Source: Vicugna vicugna (taxonomy: Eukaryota). Taken from it: DNA of 64,000 bases. The stretch is taken from assembly GCA_013265495.1 (NCBI GenBank), contig MU057560.1:62001-126000 (forward strand), read 5' to 3'. The translations under genes and the position numbers were made by a program. The notes beneath the pieces are model-generated. The model made no database searches. It was given only the letters and a program-made list of their open reading frames with translations, and was not told the DNA's origin. Numbering within the stretch: the first letter of the stretch is position 1; every line of letters begins with the position of its first letter. Below, piece after piece: positions 35,831 through 48,490 of the stretch.

Positions 35831-36697
35831 AACTCTAAAATCTCTTCTATCTCAAAAGCACAGTGATTCCGAGTTTTCCTTCCATTTTCCAGTGCTATTT
35901 CCAGCTCTTTCTCTATTCTTCTTTTCCTGAGATCCTGAGGAAATTTTTCCCTGTGTTATGGAGAATAGATGTTCTGTTCAGTGAATTTCTAATGTATTTG
36001 CAAGGGGCTTCCTATGTAGAAGAGAATCAGGACTCAGGGGGTTAAACACAAAACACATTACCATAGGACAGCTGCCAAGGCATCACATTCTGAAATCTGA
36101 TAAATGAAAAATGGGCATGGTATCAAATTTAATCACATTTGTATTCAGATGTTGTTGAGAGCAGACACTGATTTATGAACTAGCAACAGACACCAGATTT
36201 CCTGCCTGTGTTATATACATATGAATGGGTGGAAGGATGGATAGATAAACAGACAGTGAAATTATGTTGCAAATTACATGGTACCAGACATGTTTATAAC
36301 CTAGATCTCATCAAACTGATATTAAAAAATACTACAGATAAATTTTTTTTTTCCTGGGCAGTGGCTGTCGGTTTATTTTCACCCTGAAAAACTGATTTCT
36401 TTCAAAGGATATTCTTGCTCAATGTGTGCAGTGTTGAAAATGCTTCTGTTGTGCCCCATGGCTTTACATGATTTGTTTACAGAGAATATCTCGATGGGAT
36501 GGAAAGAGATAGAGGAATGTGCAAACCACTGCTGCGTTCTGTTGCACACACTCCTTCTCCATTAAAATATTGCTGGTACAAAGGGCTGCTGCACACTCCT
36601 AGGGCTCCTGCCAAGACCAAGGCTTTCAGATGAGCTGTGAGGTGCTGAGGTTAAAAGGGAGCACATTCAACATGGACGAACAGTGAAGAAGTTGCAC

Positions 36698-36895
36698 ATT
36701 ACTGTACATAAAATAGATAAACAACAAGGACCTACTGTACAGTATAGGGGACTATATTAAATTTCTTGTAATAACATGTAATGGAAAAGACTCTGAAAAG
36801 AAAATATATGTATGTGTGTATAACTGAATCACTTTGTTGTACACCTGAAACTTAAAGTGTAAATCAACTACAGTTCAATAAAATTAAAGAAAAAA
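36698..36895 (+). mobile_element. L1 3' tail fragment (cetartiodactyl type)
   Basis: 'taaaatagataaacaacaaggacctactgtacagtataggg...tataactgaatcactttgttgtacacctgaaac...aatcaactacagttcaataaaa'. Confidence 0.85.
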
Positions 36896-37254
36896 TTACA
36901 AAGACGTTAAGCAACTTTACTCACCATCAGGCAACGTAGGAAGCACTAGGTTCAGTGTTTCTTGGACATTTATAATTTCGAAAATAAATCATTCAGATGA
37001 TAAGACTACCTATTTTAGAACAGGTCATTGCTCAGTGTTACCAAAGACGTCTAGCCATCGTTGAAGTGTGATTTCTTGACCATGCCCTCTGCCTAGGACT
37101 TTTCTTCACAGAAACTTCTCAAATTTGGCAAATCTAGTCAAATTGTATCCATCTTTCAGTGGTCATATAGATAAATTAATTCACTTTCAGAAGACCCTAT
37201 CTTATGCTGTGGGCAGGGAATATAGAAGTAGATGATCCATGGATTGGCATTTTT

Positions 37255-37990
37255 TTTTTTTTAGAGCAGCTGAGTAGCTAGAGGCAAGTCAGATCAATAT
37301 AGACAATTTCAGTACAATTAAGAGAAATAGTTAAATTCAGCACAGGGAGCTAGGTTAGCCCAGAAAAGGATACCTAGGCCAGACTGGGAAGGTATCAGCC
37401 AAGGATTCTTGGAAGAAGCGACACTGAGGGGGGCCCTAAGGAATGAGATATCTCCCACTTATCCTTGAAGGTGCAAGGAGGGTGGAATTCCTAGTGGAGA
37501 AATATCGAGGGGCCAGGCATGCCCAGTGTTGGAAACCCTGGAGGTTGGGAAAAACATGACAGCTGGGGGATAGTAAGCAGCTGTGATGTAACTGAAACAA
37601 AACTGTGCTCTGGGCGCCAAGAGACAGGACGGAAAAGATTGGCAAGGCAACAGTTACTATAATGTGGTCTTGAGGTGTCCAGATTTACTCTTTGAGGAAA
37701 AAAAATCACAATAATCACCACCTGAACAAATAGACAGACATGACATGACAGCTAAAGAATGGAAACAATTCAGAGACCCAAGGGCAATGAGGACCTCAAC
37801 TGACAAAGAATGTTTTGATAGAAGGACCTGAATCTGAGTAGTTTCATGTCTGGGTACAGAAGATATTCAGGACCAAATGTCAGAAAAGAGGATTTTCAAA
37901 AAGGACTGATCCTTGGAATTCTATGCAGGTGATAGTATCCTTTACTGAGAAAAACCATCCAAAAGAAGGAGTTTGCTTTCTTTTAGTTTG
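37255..37990 (-). mobile_element. L2 fragments
   Basis: 'aatttcagtacaatt...aaggattcttggaagaagcgacactgag...cttgaaggtg' purine-rich L2-like segments. Confidence 0.5.
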
Positions 37991-38449
37991 ATTTTCTTTT
38001 AGTGGATGTGGAGGGATCAGGGTCCCACTTTGGGGTGGGGTGGAAGTGACATCAGTGTAAGCCTCTTCTTCCCTAAGGAGCTGACCCTAACAATCGGAGC
38101 TAACACGCAATCTCCTTTTGTGCTCCCTTAGAAAATAGGGCATCTATTACGCACTGAGAATCCGTTACTACTCTGAATTTTTGGTTCTGTTTTCATGTGT
38201 TGTCTTATCTTCTTAATTAAATTATCTCCTCGAGGGGGAGGCTCACACCTTTTTCTTGTTGGATCTTTCACAGAGCCTGAAGCATTGTGTTGCATGTAGA
38301 AAATATTGGTTGATGTTTGTTAATTGATTTGTTGGAATTTTTATCACTGAACACATTTCCCAAGAAGGAGCCAAACCCAGAGTTAGGAAGCCATCTGGCA
38401 AAATTGCTTGAGAGAACGCTTCTTGGCTGTCACATCTTAGAGGTCTTCT

Positions 38450-38670
38450 TAAAATAGTTAACATTTATTAAACATATTACCGTGTGCCGGGCATTGTGCT
38501 GAGACCCATATATATGTAAAATCTCATGTCATCTTCAAAACTATCTTGTGACATAAATACTATCAATACTCTCATTTAGAAATTGAGGAAAATGAGATCC
38601 AGGGAGATCAACCCATTTTCTGAGGTCAGTAAGTTGCAGACATGACTCAATCTAGACTCCTGGGTCTACC
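38450..38670 (-). mobile_element. MIR SINE
   Basis: 'aacatttattaaacatattaccgtgtgccgggcattgtgctgag...atctcatgtcatcttcaaaac...gaggaaaatgag'. Confidence 0.8.
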
Positions 38671-40099
38671 AGCTTCAACGTCGATGCAATTTGTCCATAG
38701 ATGGAAAGTACATAACATGCTCTATGCCTTCTGTCTCAATCTCTTTCTCTACTGTCTAAAAAAATGGATGTACTAAGACTAGTCTGATCCCTGGTTGCCT
38801 GTCCCGAGTCAGGGCCAGGATTAGAGCCCAAACTGGATCTTGTGACACGACACTTCCTACTCTGCTATGCTGGTTTCAAGACAAATCTATTGAACCAAAC
38901 CTTCTGCTGGACATTATAGGTAATAGAAATAAATTTAAGGCCTCCTATTTGTCTGCAGAGGCCATACAAACTAGTTTGGGACACATGACAATAGAACTTA
39001 TAAAGTTAAACACTGAAGTATAGTGCCCTGGTATGCAAGACTCTTACAGATGACATACTGTAGGAAGGACAGTTTGACACGGTGGATGTTTGTCCTTCAG
39101 GGACTAAGGGAAAGTAGTGATTCTTCAGATGTGCACCGCAAGATCAGCTGACAGAATCCTCACAGAGCCAGTTTTAGCCACATATCACCTATTAGTAAGG
39201 GGTTGTTAATAGATATTTCAGTAACTAATGATGCCAGAAACGGCAGAGGCGAGCATACGAGTTGGTGCGAGTTATGCTGCTTCCGCTGTTCAAGCTGAGG
39301 CTGGCTGACAGGACTGCTCAGACACAGGACGGGGGTGCAGGAGTGAGTGGTGGGGCAGGGGGAGGTTGGAAAGACTGGGCTGGATGACCTCTTCAGCATT
39401 GTGTTCTTGATTCTTTCTAGGTACCTGATTTGTTGCTACAAAGCCCGGCCACCTAATTCACAGTTTTCCTCCAAAATGGTTCTTACACACATAAGCCTAC
39501 TTCCTGTGCTCGGTAGATCTGGAAAACGTCTCACGTTTCAGTTGGCGCTGGATTTGACCCTTATGTGGATCTCAGGCTCTCAGTATTATGGTCAGGACTA
39601 CATGCCTATCTGTAAAGAGAAGGCACAGAATCTCTGTAGAACATACAGTTAGCCCTTTTGTATTCCAAGACATTTCCTCTTCCCACGGGAGAGAATTGAT
39701 TAGGATTAGAATGCAACAACCTTGCCGCATCTCGTCAAAATATAAATTACAGTATGAACAACTAATTCAGGTCCGTTAGAATACTTTGCTATTCTTAAAG
39801 CCTGCAAGAAGACAAATCTGCCTGAAAAACTTCCTAATCATTATAAATAGTTCACAAAGGCTTTCTTGGTAACTCGACCTTGGGTCATTGAAAGTCAAGC
39901 TGGGATAAAGCAAGAGTGAAGGGTCATTCTTGCCATTCCTGGAACCAACCAAAATTGCAGAGGTCTAGTGAAAGACAGGACTTTAAGATGTGTTTTATAA
40001 GCTCTGTAGGCCAAAGAGGGTTGGATTTCCTGCTGGGTTCAGCTCCAACACAGGTGGGCCATGCTTGAGCTGGGGTGATAAGGCAACGGACAAAGGGCA

Positions 40100-40320
40100 C
40101 AGGTGTCCTTACGAGGTCAAGCCCTGAAGTCAGATGGCTGGATCTGAGCTCCAACTCTGCTGCTTACTCGTGTGACTGTGGGCACATTGTTTTGCTCCTC
40201 TTTCACTCCTATTGGAAGGAAAATATCGAATAGGCTGAAATAATCCTAAAATAGTCCCTAAATTTATTGTGAGGACTAAATGAAGACAGAGCCTCAAAAA
40301 TAAGTGCTCAGTCAAGGTGA
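40100..40320 (+). mobile_element. MIR SINE
   Basis: 'ccctgaagtcagatggctggatctgagctccaactctgctgcttactcgtgtgactgtgggca...attgtgaggactaaatga'. Confidence 0.75.
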
Positions 40321-42679
40321 GCTTTTATTGTAACAGTCATTGCAATGATTGTTCCTGTCAGTAGAAGTAAGGGGAACATCACTAGAATTGGAGAGGATGG
40401 AAAAAAAAGAGCAGTAAGAGGAGTCAGAGGGATTTCAAGGAGGGGGTGAGGGCATTTGGGTGAGAGTGGTTCTGCTCTAGGTTGGTGTCTCAACCAGATT
40501 GTAAACTCTTGAGCTGATGTCTTTTGTGCGGGGCAGGACCCGTTTGCTCTCCGCCCATCATCAAGTGCAGAGGACGCAGGCAGTGCAGTGGCTGGTTGAC
40601 CGACACGTCTAGCCCCAGCTGAAGCCAGGGTCACTGTGCGCAGACCCCTGAAGTCGGTATGGTTGGACTGATTGCTCATCTTCCATGTGAAGGCTCCTTA
40701 GAGTAGAGCCTTGGTTTTCTAAACCCAGTCCCTGTTTGGATGAGAATTCACCGTCTGGCTGTGCATGGCTTGGTTTCCAGTTACAACCACGCCAGCCTGC
40801 ATGACTCCCTTCAGCATGCTCCCAGCCAGCCCCGAGCTCCTGGAATTTGTTTAAGGCCCGTCTTTTGCAATATTAGAGAAGGGGCAGCCTTTTCACAGTT
40901 AGGGTTCTGGGAGGGCTGCTAGTAGATGCAATGCTCCATCTCAAACCAGGACTCTGCAGGCGTCTTGCTCCTTCCAGAACTGAATGTAGGATGGTACCTG
41001 AGCTAGCACAACATTGCCTATGTAGATTTTTTAATCATTATTTTATCATTCTTTTCAATATCATTCAGGTACTCGAGGCCTGACATCTGAGAGACAGCAC
41101 ATGCGAAGATACGATGTGGTGAGCGTCGGGAGCCGGTGGTGGCCGTTGCTCCCGCACCCTTGCAAACACACGGTCATGAACAGAAGTCCCCGACGTGCTC
41201 GCTCAGATGGGACCACGCTCTCCTTCAATTCCAGCCCTCTCTGTCCTCAGCCACAGACCATAGGGCACAGCCACACACCCAACTTCATTCACCTTGGACT
41301 GGTCAGCCTCTTTCACAGTACCTGACTTGCAAGAAGCCCTGTAAGTAAAAGTTAAATGAAGAGAACAAGTTAAAACAGCATTAAAGGAAGACGGCTTGGC
41401 AGACTACGGATTTTAAGGCCTCCATCTCAGAGGACCCGCAGTCATGTTGATGTTTTATGCTCTCTTGGATATAAAAGTCACAGCTTGCTTTCCCTCTTAG
41501 TGGCCATGTACAAAGGCTCATTTATAATTAACAAGCAAAGCCCTTAATAGAGCAAACCAAATGTCATCTTCCCCTTTTCCTACAATACCAGGTCACTTTT
41601 CCCTCTGGATGAAAGCACTTTTGACCCATTAAAAAAAAGTGGGATCTGTTGGGTGAATTCAGTGCAAAAAAAATACTATTTCTTGTTATATATGTTCAAC
41701 TGTCTTTATCACTTTCGCCATGGTCTCAGGATAAACCAAGTCTGAGTCAGCAGGACTTTGATGAAAGCTACACTGAAGGTCTAGTTCACTGGAGTGATAC
41801 ATGGTGGAAAATGAAACTCTTTGTATGCCAAGAGACTTTCCTGGGGAAGCTTGGCTGTGTCCTCCATCCACCTGTGAGCCCAAGAAGAGGGACATTCGTC
41901 ACTGCTGTTCCAATGCCACACCTAATACCCAGCCTCACCTGGTGCCTAAAGGATGTTTTCTGAATGTTGAAGGAGGATTTGGCCACCAGCTACAAGGAGC
42001 CGTTCCTCAGGGTATTGCTTTTTGGGGCCACTTGGGGAGAGGGAGTCTGTCACTAGATGGGGCCTTCAGCTCTATCTACGATGTTGAATCTGTCCCTATT
42101 TGTACGTGATGGATGTCTGACTCTTCTGGGAAATGCCCTGGAAAGAGTTATTACTAGCTAATATTTTACAATCTGGTGCAATTTGATGTTCAAAAATATT
42201 TAAGTATGCCTCTGCGTTTTCTTAAAGGAAGATGGAAATAAAAACTTAATTATAAATCAAGGTTGAAAAAGCTTATTAATGTCCCTTGAAATATTTTGAC
42301 ATGCAATAATGTATCTATAAATTCTAAGGATTTAGAGTTCAATTTTAATAAGATTTTGTGTTCCCAAAAAATAAGCAAATTTTTTTCTTCTTTGAACTTA
42401 TACTGGAGACAACCTAGATCCAAACAGCAGTTTGTAGACTAAAAGATGCTTCAAGCTTAGAAGATCTTTGAATATAATTCTTAGTCTTGTATGTGGTTAT
42501 GAACTTTTTGAAATTAATGACGCTAGAATTCTCTGCACACTCATCTCACAGCTTTTTATTTCATGTTAGGGTCTTCCTGGACCTCTTGAATTAGTGGTGT
42601 TTAGTGGGATGAAAAGTCGGAGTCCTGATGCGAGCTTTGTCACTGCTTGGCTGTGTGATCATGGACAAAGATTTCACTT

Positions 42680-42872
42680 TATTTAATTGAAGTACAGTCA
42701 GTCACAATGTGTCAGTCTCTGGTGCACAGCACAATGTTCCAGTCATGCATATACATACATATATTCATTTTCATATTTTTTTCATTAAAGGTTATTATAA
42801 GATATTGAATGTTGATCCCTGTGCTGTACAGAATAAGCTTTTTTTTAAATCTATTTTTATATATAGTGGCTG
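42680..42872 (-). mobile_element. L1 3' tail fragment (camelid type)
   Basis: 'taattgaagtacagtcagtcacaatgtgtcagtctctggtgcacagcacaatgttccagtcatgcatatac...ccctgtgctgtacagaa'. Confidence 0.85.
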
Positions 42873-42897
42873 ACTTGTTTTGAATTAACTTCAAAAA

Positions 42898-43075
42898 AAT
42901 TGAAGTGTAGTTGATTTACAACTATAGTTGTTTGTAGTTAGTTTCTGGTATACAGCTTAATGATTCAGTTGTGCATATATATTCTTTTTCACATTCTTTT
43001 TCATTATCAGCTATTACAAGACATTGAATATAGTTCCCTGTGCTGTACAGTAGGATGTTGTTGTTTACCTGTTTG
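42898..43075 (-). mobile_element. Second L1 3' tail fragment
   Basis: 'attgaagtgtagttgatttacaa...gttagtttctggtatacagc...ttgaatatagttccctgtgctgtacagtagg'. Confidence 0.85.
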
Positions 43076-44084
43076 ATAGACTTTCTCTCTGTTTTGACAG
43101 TTCATTTAGGAAGCAGTTATTGTGTAAGATGGTTTGACTAAAGTTTTCCACTTTTCTATTACTTAAACTGAACACTCTGTGACGGGAGAAGTTCTCTCCA
43201 GGCTGGGCAAGCTTCACCATCACGGCTACCTGAGTTTTCTCTCAGTTCCACCCAGTGACACGCCGCTGTATTATGGCTCAGTAATGAGAATGAAATATGA
43301 GCTAGTAAGAGCTTAATCAAGTCATTATGAAGATTTGGCTCATTGGAAACTTAGAAAAGTACCAATAGGAGTTGAAATGATGCATAATAGAAAAATGACA
43401 TGCTTAAATGGACATGTTTCTGAGAACTGGATATAATAGATTTTGCATCTTCCTAGGAAAAAGAAAATGTCTAATTCTGCAAAACTCAAGGTGTCGCCTA
43501 GAAGGATCATTTGCGTTTCGCCTCCTGTGGGCACTGGTGATGTTGGAGCTCGGCTGAAAATAAAAGCTTTGGGGCCTGGACAGGCCAACACCCACAAGCT
43601 TTAGAATTCAGATCAAAGAGACTTATTTTGGAAAAAAAAAAAAACAACCTTTTCATGAAAAAGGTGTAAAGCTGCAACACTTCTGCAACTGAACTGGAGA
43701 TCCTCTGAGATGAAAGCAGTATAGACCCTCAGGTGACCTTGGCTCTCGTCGAATGGCCCCACGTTTCCTCCTTCAGGGAAACGGTCCACTGGACACAGGG
43801 ATAAGGGAGAGCGCATCCCCCCAGGCAATGAACATTTTCTAGAAAAGGGCAGGGGTGTCAGGGTAGAAAGATCCTGCTCATTTTTGAGGATATTTTTGTT
43901 GATTTTAAGCAATCATTCCTTCTCTGCTCCAATTATATATTTCCAGTTACATATCATGTGTAGTTTTTATTTTCCATACTATTTAGTGGAAAGCCAGACA
44001 AATGAATTAGTGAATGTAAAGCAGTGGGAGAAGTTTATAGTGACTGTATTCATTCAGGTATTGTGTAAGCCCATAATTATTTAA

Positions 44085-44830
44085 ATCAGCCAGTGGGTGG
44101 AGAAAAACTTCCTGAAAGAGGTGATATTTGCTCAGATTTGATATAGGAGTAGGTATTTGAAAAGGGACATCCTCGTTGTGAGAACAGCCTTTGCAAAAGA
44201 AAAGCAAGAAAGAGTAAATATTTAACCAAAACAGGAGGGAAATGATGCAAGTAGGCAACAAGGCAGGAGGACCCCATCCTGCTCACAAAACTGACCGCAA
44301 AGCCAAAGTGCAAGGAGTGTGTGGATTCTGAAAGTTCAGGTGAACAGTAAACAGAAGAGAGGCTGTGGGTGGGTTTTCAGCAGAGGTGAAATGCGATCGG
44401 CTACTCGACTCACACAGACCACTCTGGCAACAGTTTCTGTGATGTATTTGTGGGGGGAATGGCATTTAGAAGAGGCAGGAAAGATAGGAGACTATTAATA
44501 TTAATAACGTGTGAGTAACAGGACTAGAGCCTGGATTTAGGCATAGCAGTGACATTGGTGCAATAGATTGTGGAAGCTGATCTCAAGAGATTTTGAGAAG
44601 GTAAAATGGATGCGACGTGGGACCATGTGAATGGGGCTTATTGGTGAAACATCATGGTGGAAAAAGAGCAGGCAATCACAGGTAGTGCTCGGAAGCATGG
44701 ATGGATACTCGGAAAATGCAGTTGACTCACCATCATGGGCACCAAACGAGGAGATGCATAAGTGTGGAGCAGAGAATCTGTACTTTTCACCCATTACCAC
44801 TTTAGACTTGATGAGTGCCCTTGATTTAAG
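44085..44830 (-). mobile_element. L2 LINE fragment
   Basis: 'aaaacttcctgaaagaggtgatatttg...gagaacagcctttgcaaa...ggttttcagcagagg...gaccactctggc'. Confidence 0.6.
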
Positions 44831-47704
44831 ACCACAGTCATTGTGGGAAAGCAAGTGAACTGCCTCCCATGAGGGGTCTTTGGTTCAGCTGCCATAGATT
44901 AGCTGAATTTTGGTCCCTGGACAATTGGCTGGGCCACTAGACATTGGGTAAAAATCTGAAGTTCCATTCAGGGACAAAATGGATTTTTCTTACCCAGTAA
45001 GATATCGTATCCTTTTTATTTCTTTTCTTTAAGTTTCATTACTGATCTATTAGCACCAACCCAACTTATTTAGCCCTATGATTAATCATGACATATGTAT
45101 GCTGGATAAAAATGTGCGAAGTCTTTAATGATGTCGTCTCCAAGAGACAGGAGTTCACCAATACCTTTTCCTGCTCGATCTCTGAACATTTTAACTGAGG
45201 TTACCCACGTTTCTGAAGGTCTGATGTCTTTTCAGGAGCCAGTACCAGAGCCTAAACTCAGTAGGGATCAGCCCTGATTCATGGTTGGAACACTAGGATT
45301 CCAGTGGTGTTTCTATCGTAAGTAGGCGTGTGACCTTGGGCAAACCACAGGAGCTCTGCTGGATTTTTAAAACTAGGCTAACAGACTAGATAGTATTAAC
45401 GTCTTTTCAACTTCAGTGTCTATATGACTCCATTAAATTTGTGATGCATTCTTTTTTAGAATGGCTGCTAGAAAGGGTGTGGGATTCTGACTAAGGGAAT
45501 AAGGTTTCATGAGAAAATTTATAGAGAAACTTCAAGGGGAGCCAGAACTAGGTATAAACGTACATGGCAGTCTAAATGAAAGGTGTTTCTCACGTTTATG
45601 CTTTATTTATTAGGGTCGTGGCAAGATTAAACCAAGAGAAGAAAAGAATTTTGATGTACAGAAAACACAACTTCTTACAAAATACAAACTGTGCCACTAT
45701 TGACAGTCCTTTGAATTTTGGCCCTCTTGTTTTGCTCTTCATTCGCGCCTAAATTCATCCCTCTTCAGTCAACAAGAACACAAATCACCAGACTGTAGCG
45801 GGCCAGGCTTATCTTTGTCTACTTTTTGTTAGGGAACCCGAGGATTTGATTACCACATGCGCAAACGGTACAGTTCATTAGCTGCAACCATTTTCATCAT
45901 TTTGAAAGGAAAAAAGAAATGGGTATTAGATTTAGAAACAAGATACGCTTTCTCTCCTGGGAACTAGAAGCAGAGAAGAGGTTTTGACCAAACTGAGTGG
46001 AAAACCACAATAAAGAAAACCAGTCTGGGAACCACTGTCTGGATGCGCAGGCATGTGTCTGTGGAAGTTACACAGTCTGACATGAAGATACCGGGAGCTG
46101 AATGAGGCCATATATCCCCCGAATGGGGTGCAAATTTGGGAGACATCTGCTCCTGCTATCCAGATAGATGAGATAACAGCTTTGTAAAACCTGTCTCACT
46201 TCCTACAGCCTCTACCTGAAATCTCTGAGATCACGGCGAACCAGCATGTGTGATCAAAATAGAAGAGAAATGTTTTTTTAAAGTATTAGTGGGAGTGCAG
46301 TCAGATAAAGATATTGAAAGGGATATTGTTTAAATCAATTCAAAGCAAATTTACAGGGCTGAAATTAGAATCACGGAGAAAATGATTCTAAACAACTTTT
46401 AATAAGCAGAGGACTGTAAATGGAAATTAATAGTAGAATACGCATTATTATTTTAAAAGTCATAAACTCCATTGCTACTATCTTTATTTAGTATTATGTC
46501 TTTGCCATTTCTTTAAATATAATAAAATTCACAGATTAGATGGGTTCCCTTATACACTCCCCACCAGGATTTTGCTGAGAAGATGGGCGACATTCTATTA
46601 CTATGTGAGTTTTGGTCGGACCAATAAGGGACTGATTCTGTTCTGTGCCCTTAAAGAAGCTATCACTTCCTTTGAGACCCATAAACCTGCTGCCTGACAG
46701 GTGTTATCAAGCGCTGCTATGACTTTATCTGTGTGTTTATTTATTTAGTTTGTTTGATTTCACTTTTGATTTTATTCTGCTTCATTTTACCAATGTCATT
46801 GAGGAAGATGAGTTTAAAATGAAAGGCAATTTCTTTCTCCAAATACTTCACTCCGAAGATTTGTATATAAGTTCGATTGAATTATTTCTGTACTGAAGTA
46901 GAGTATGATGAATGACTATTTATGAAAAGATAAAAAGAACAGAAGAGTTCAGCATATATCTTACTGGAGACTGGATAGGAACTGCTGAGGAAAGTCTTTA
47001 CAAATAGCCTTTGCAGAGAGAAGCAAGGGTGTGTCTTATAAACACCCACCAGCGAGAACCCAGACTCAAATGTGAAAGTAAACAATTGTATGGTCATCCT
47101 GAATTCCAGTCTCAAAGTCCCATTTTGACTTGGAAATTGGCCCACCAGGCTCTGAAGTTTATGAGCTGTTATCCTGGTTCTAAAACACACGCTGTAAGAA
47201 GCAGCACCGCAGGCTGGACTGTGGAACTGCCCACATCCCCGCAGATGTGCTGCCGCTGAGCTGCTCAGCATCCCTTTAAACTTCACCCAGACCGTCCTGA
47301 GACTGTTACGCTCGCCCTCGCTCAGCGCTTTTAGACATTTTGTTTTCCTTCTATTAAAACAAGCATCTTAATAATCTCTAAATAAATCATGACTCTCATG
47401 AATGCATATAAAATTTTGAAGTTTTCTTTTTCAATCAGTGAAGAAAGGAACGGTAGTGAGATCTTTTTTAAATTGTCATTTTTAGTTGATCTGTTCACTT
47501 CTTCTGTTTCTAATGGGAAAATCGTGATGTTGAAAGTCAATCAGTTAAGCTTACTGGGAGCTGGCAAAGCACTGCGATAGATGTCATAGAAAACACAAAG
47601 ATGGATGCATATATAAAGGGCTTACCCCCTACTGAGAGCAGAGAACAAAGGTAAGTCAAACGAAAATGGAAATTAAAGCCACTTGAAAATGTGTAATTTA
47701 ATTG

Positions 47705-48320
47705 AGGCAGGGCTTCTGGCTATTACAGAATAAGAAGATCAGCAAATCTCCCCTCAAAACAAGTTTAAACTAAGGAAATGCGTGAAAAACAGTCATGTAA
47801 GGGCTCTGGAAAATTTCTAGAGAAAAGCAAGAAAGTGATAAATGCTTGTTCATGAAAAACTGTTACCGCTCTGGGTAAAGTCACTGGGAGTCTCTGGCCT
47901 TTTTGCCAGGGTTCTTCCCACTTCTCCACCTCTAGCCAGGTTGGTTGGTTGCGTTGGTGATTTATTTTCTTGTGGGGTCACAGGAAGGAGGAAGGAGGAC
48001 GGCCCCCAAAAGCATGATTAAATTCTTCACCAGCAGCTTCAGACTTGGTGCAGAGCAGAGGCTGAAAATCTGTGCCCAGTACCATTGCCAGTAACAGTGG
48101 CATCACTGGTGGGAAGTGAACGGACAAGCCTGTGGCTCTGCTGGTCTGAAGCTGGGTCCTGGGTGGGGCGAGTGGTGAGCCAGTCAGGAATGCAGTGGGG
48201 AGTCTCTGAAAATAAGGGTGCCGTGGAGAGACACGTGAGGTCTCCCAACCGAGATGATTGACCCTCAAAATAGAGACGTACCGGGCAGATTCAAGAAGGG
48301 CCAGCCCAGCAGATTTTGCA
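47705..48320 (+). mobile_element. Old L1M 5' end fragment
   Basis: 'gggcttctggc...aagatcagcaaatctcccctcaaaacaa...agggctctggaaa...ttgttcatgaaaaactg' resembles ancient L1M 5' ends (recalled). Confidence 0.5.
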
Positions 48321-48324
48321 GATA

Positions 48325-48490
48325 CTAACAACTATTTAAAAATACATAAAATAGATGAACAGTGACTTACTGCATAGCACAGAAAACTATACTCGATATC
48401 TTATAATTACCTATAATGGAAAAGAATATGAAAAAGTATATATATACATAATAAAAAACAGAAGTAAAAGAAGAAGAAAAAACAAAAGAA
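48325..48490 (+). mobile_element. L1 3' tail fragment with A-rich tail
   Basis: 'aaaatagatgaacagtgacttactgcatagcacagaaaactatactcgatatcttataattacctataatggaaaagaatatgaaaaag'. Confidence 0.8.
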
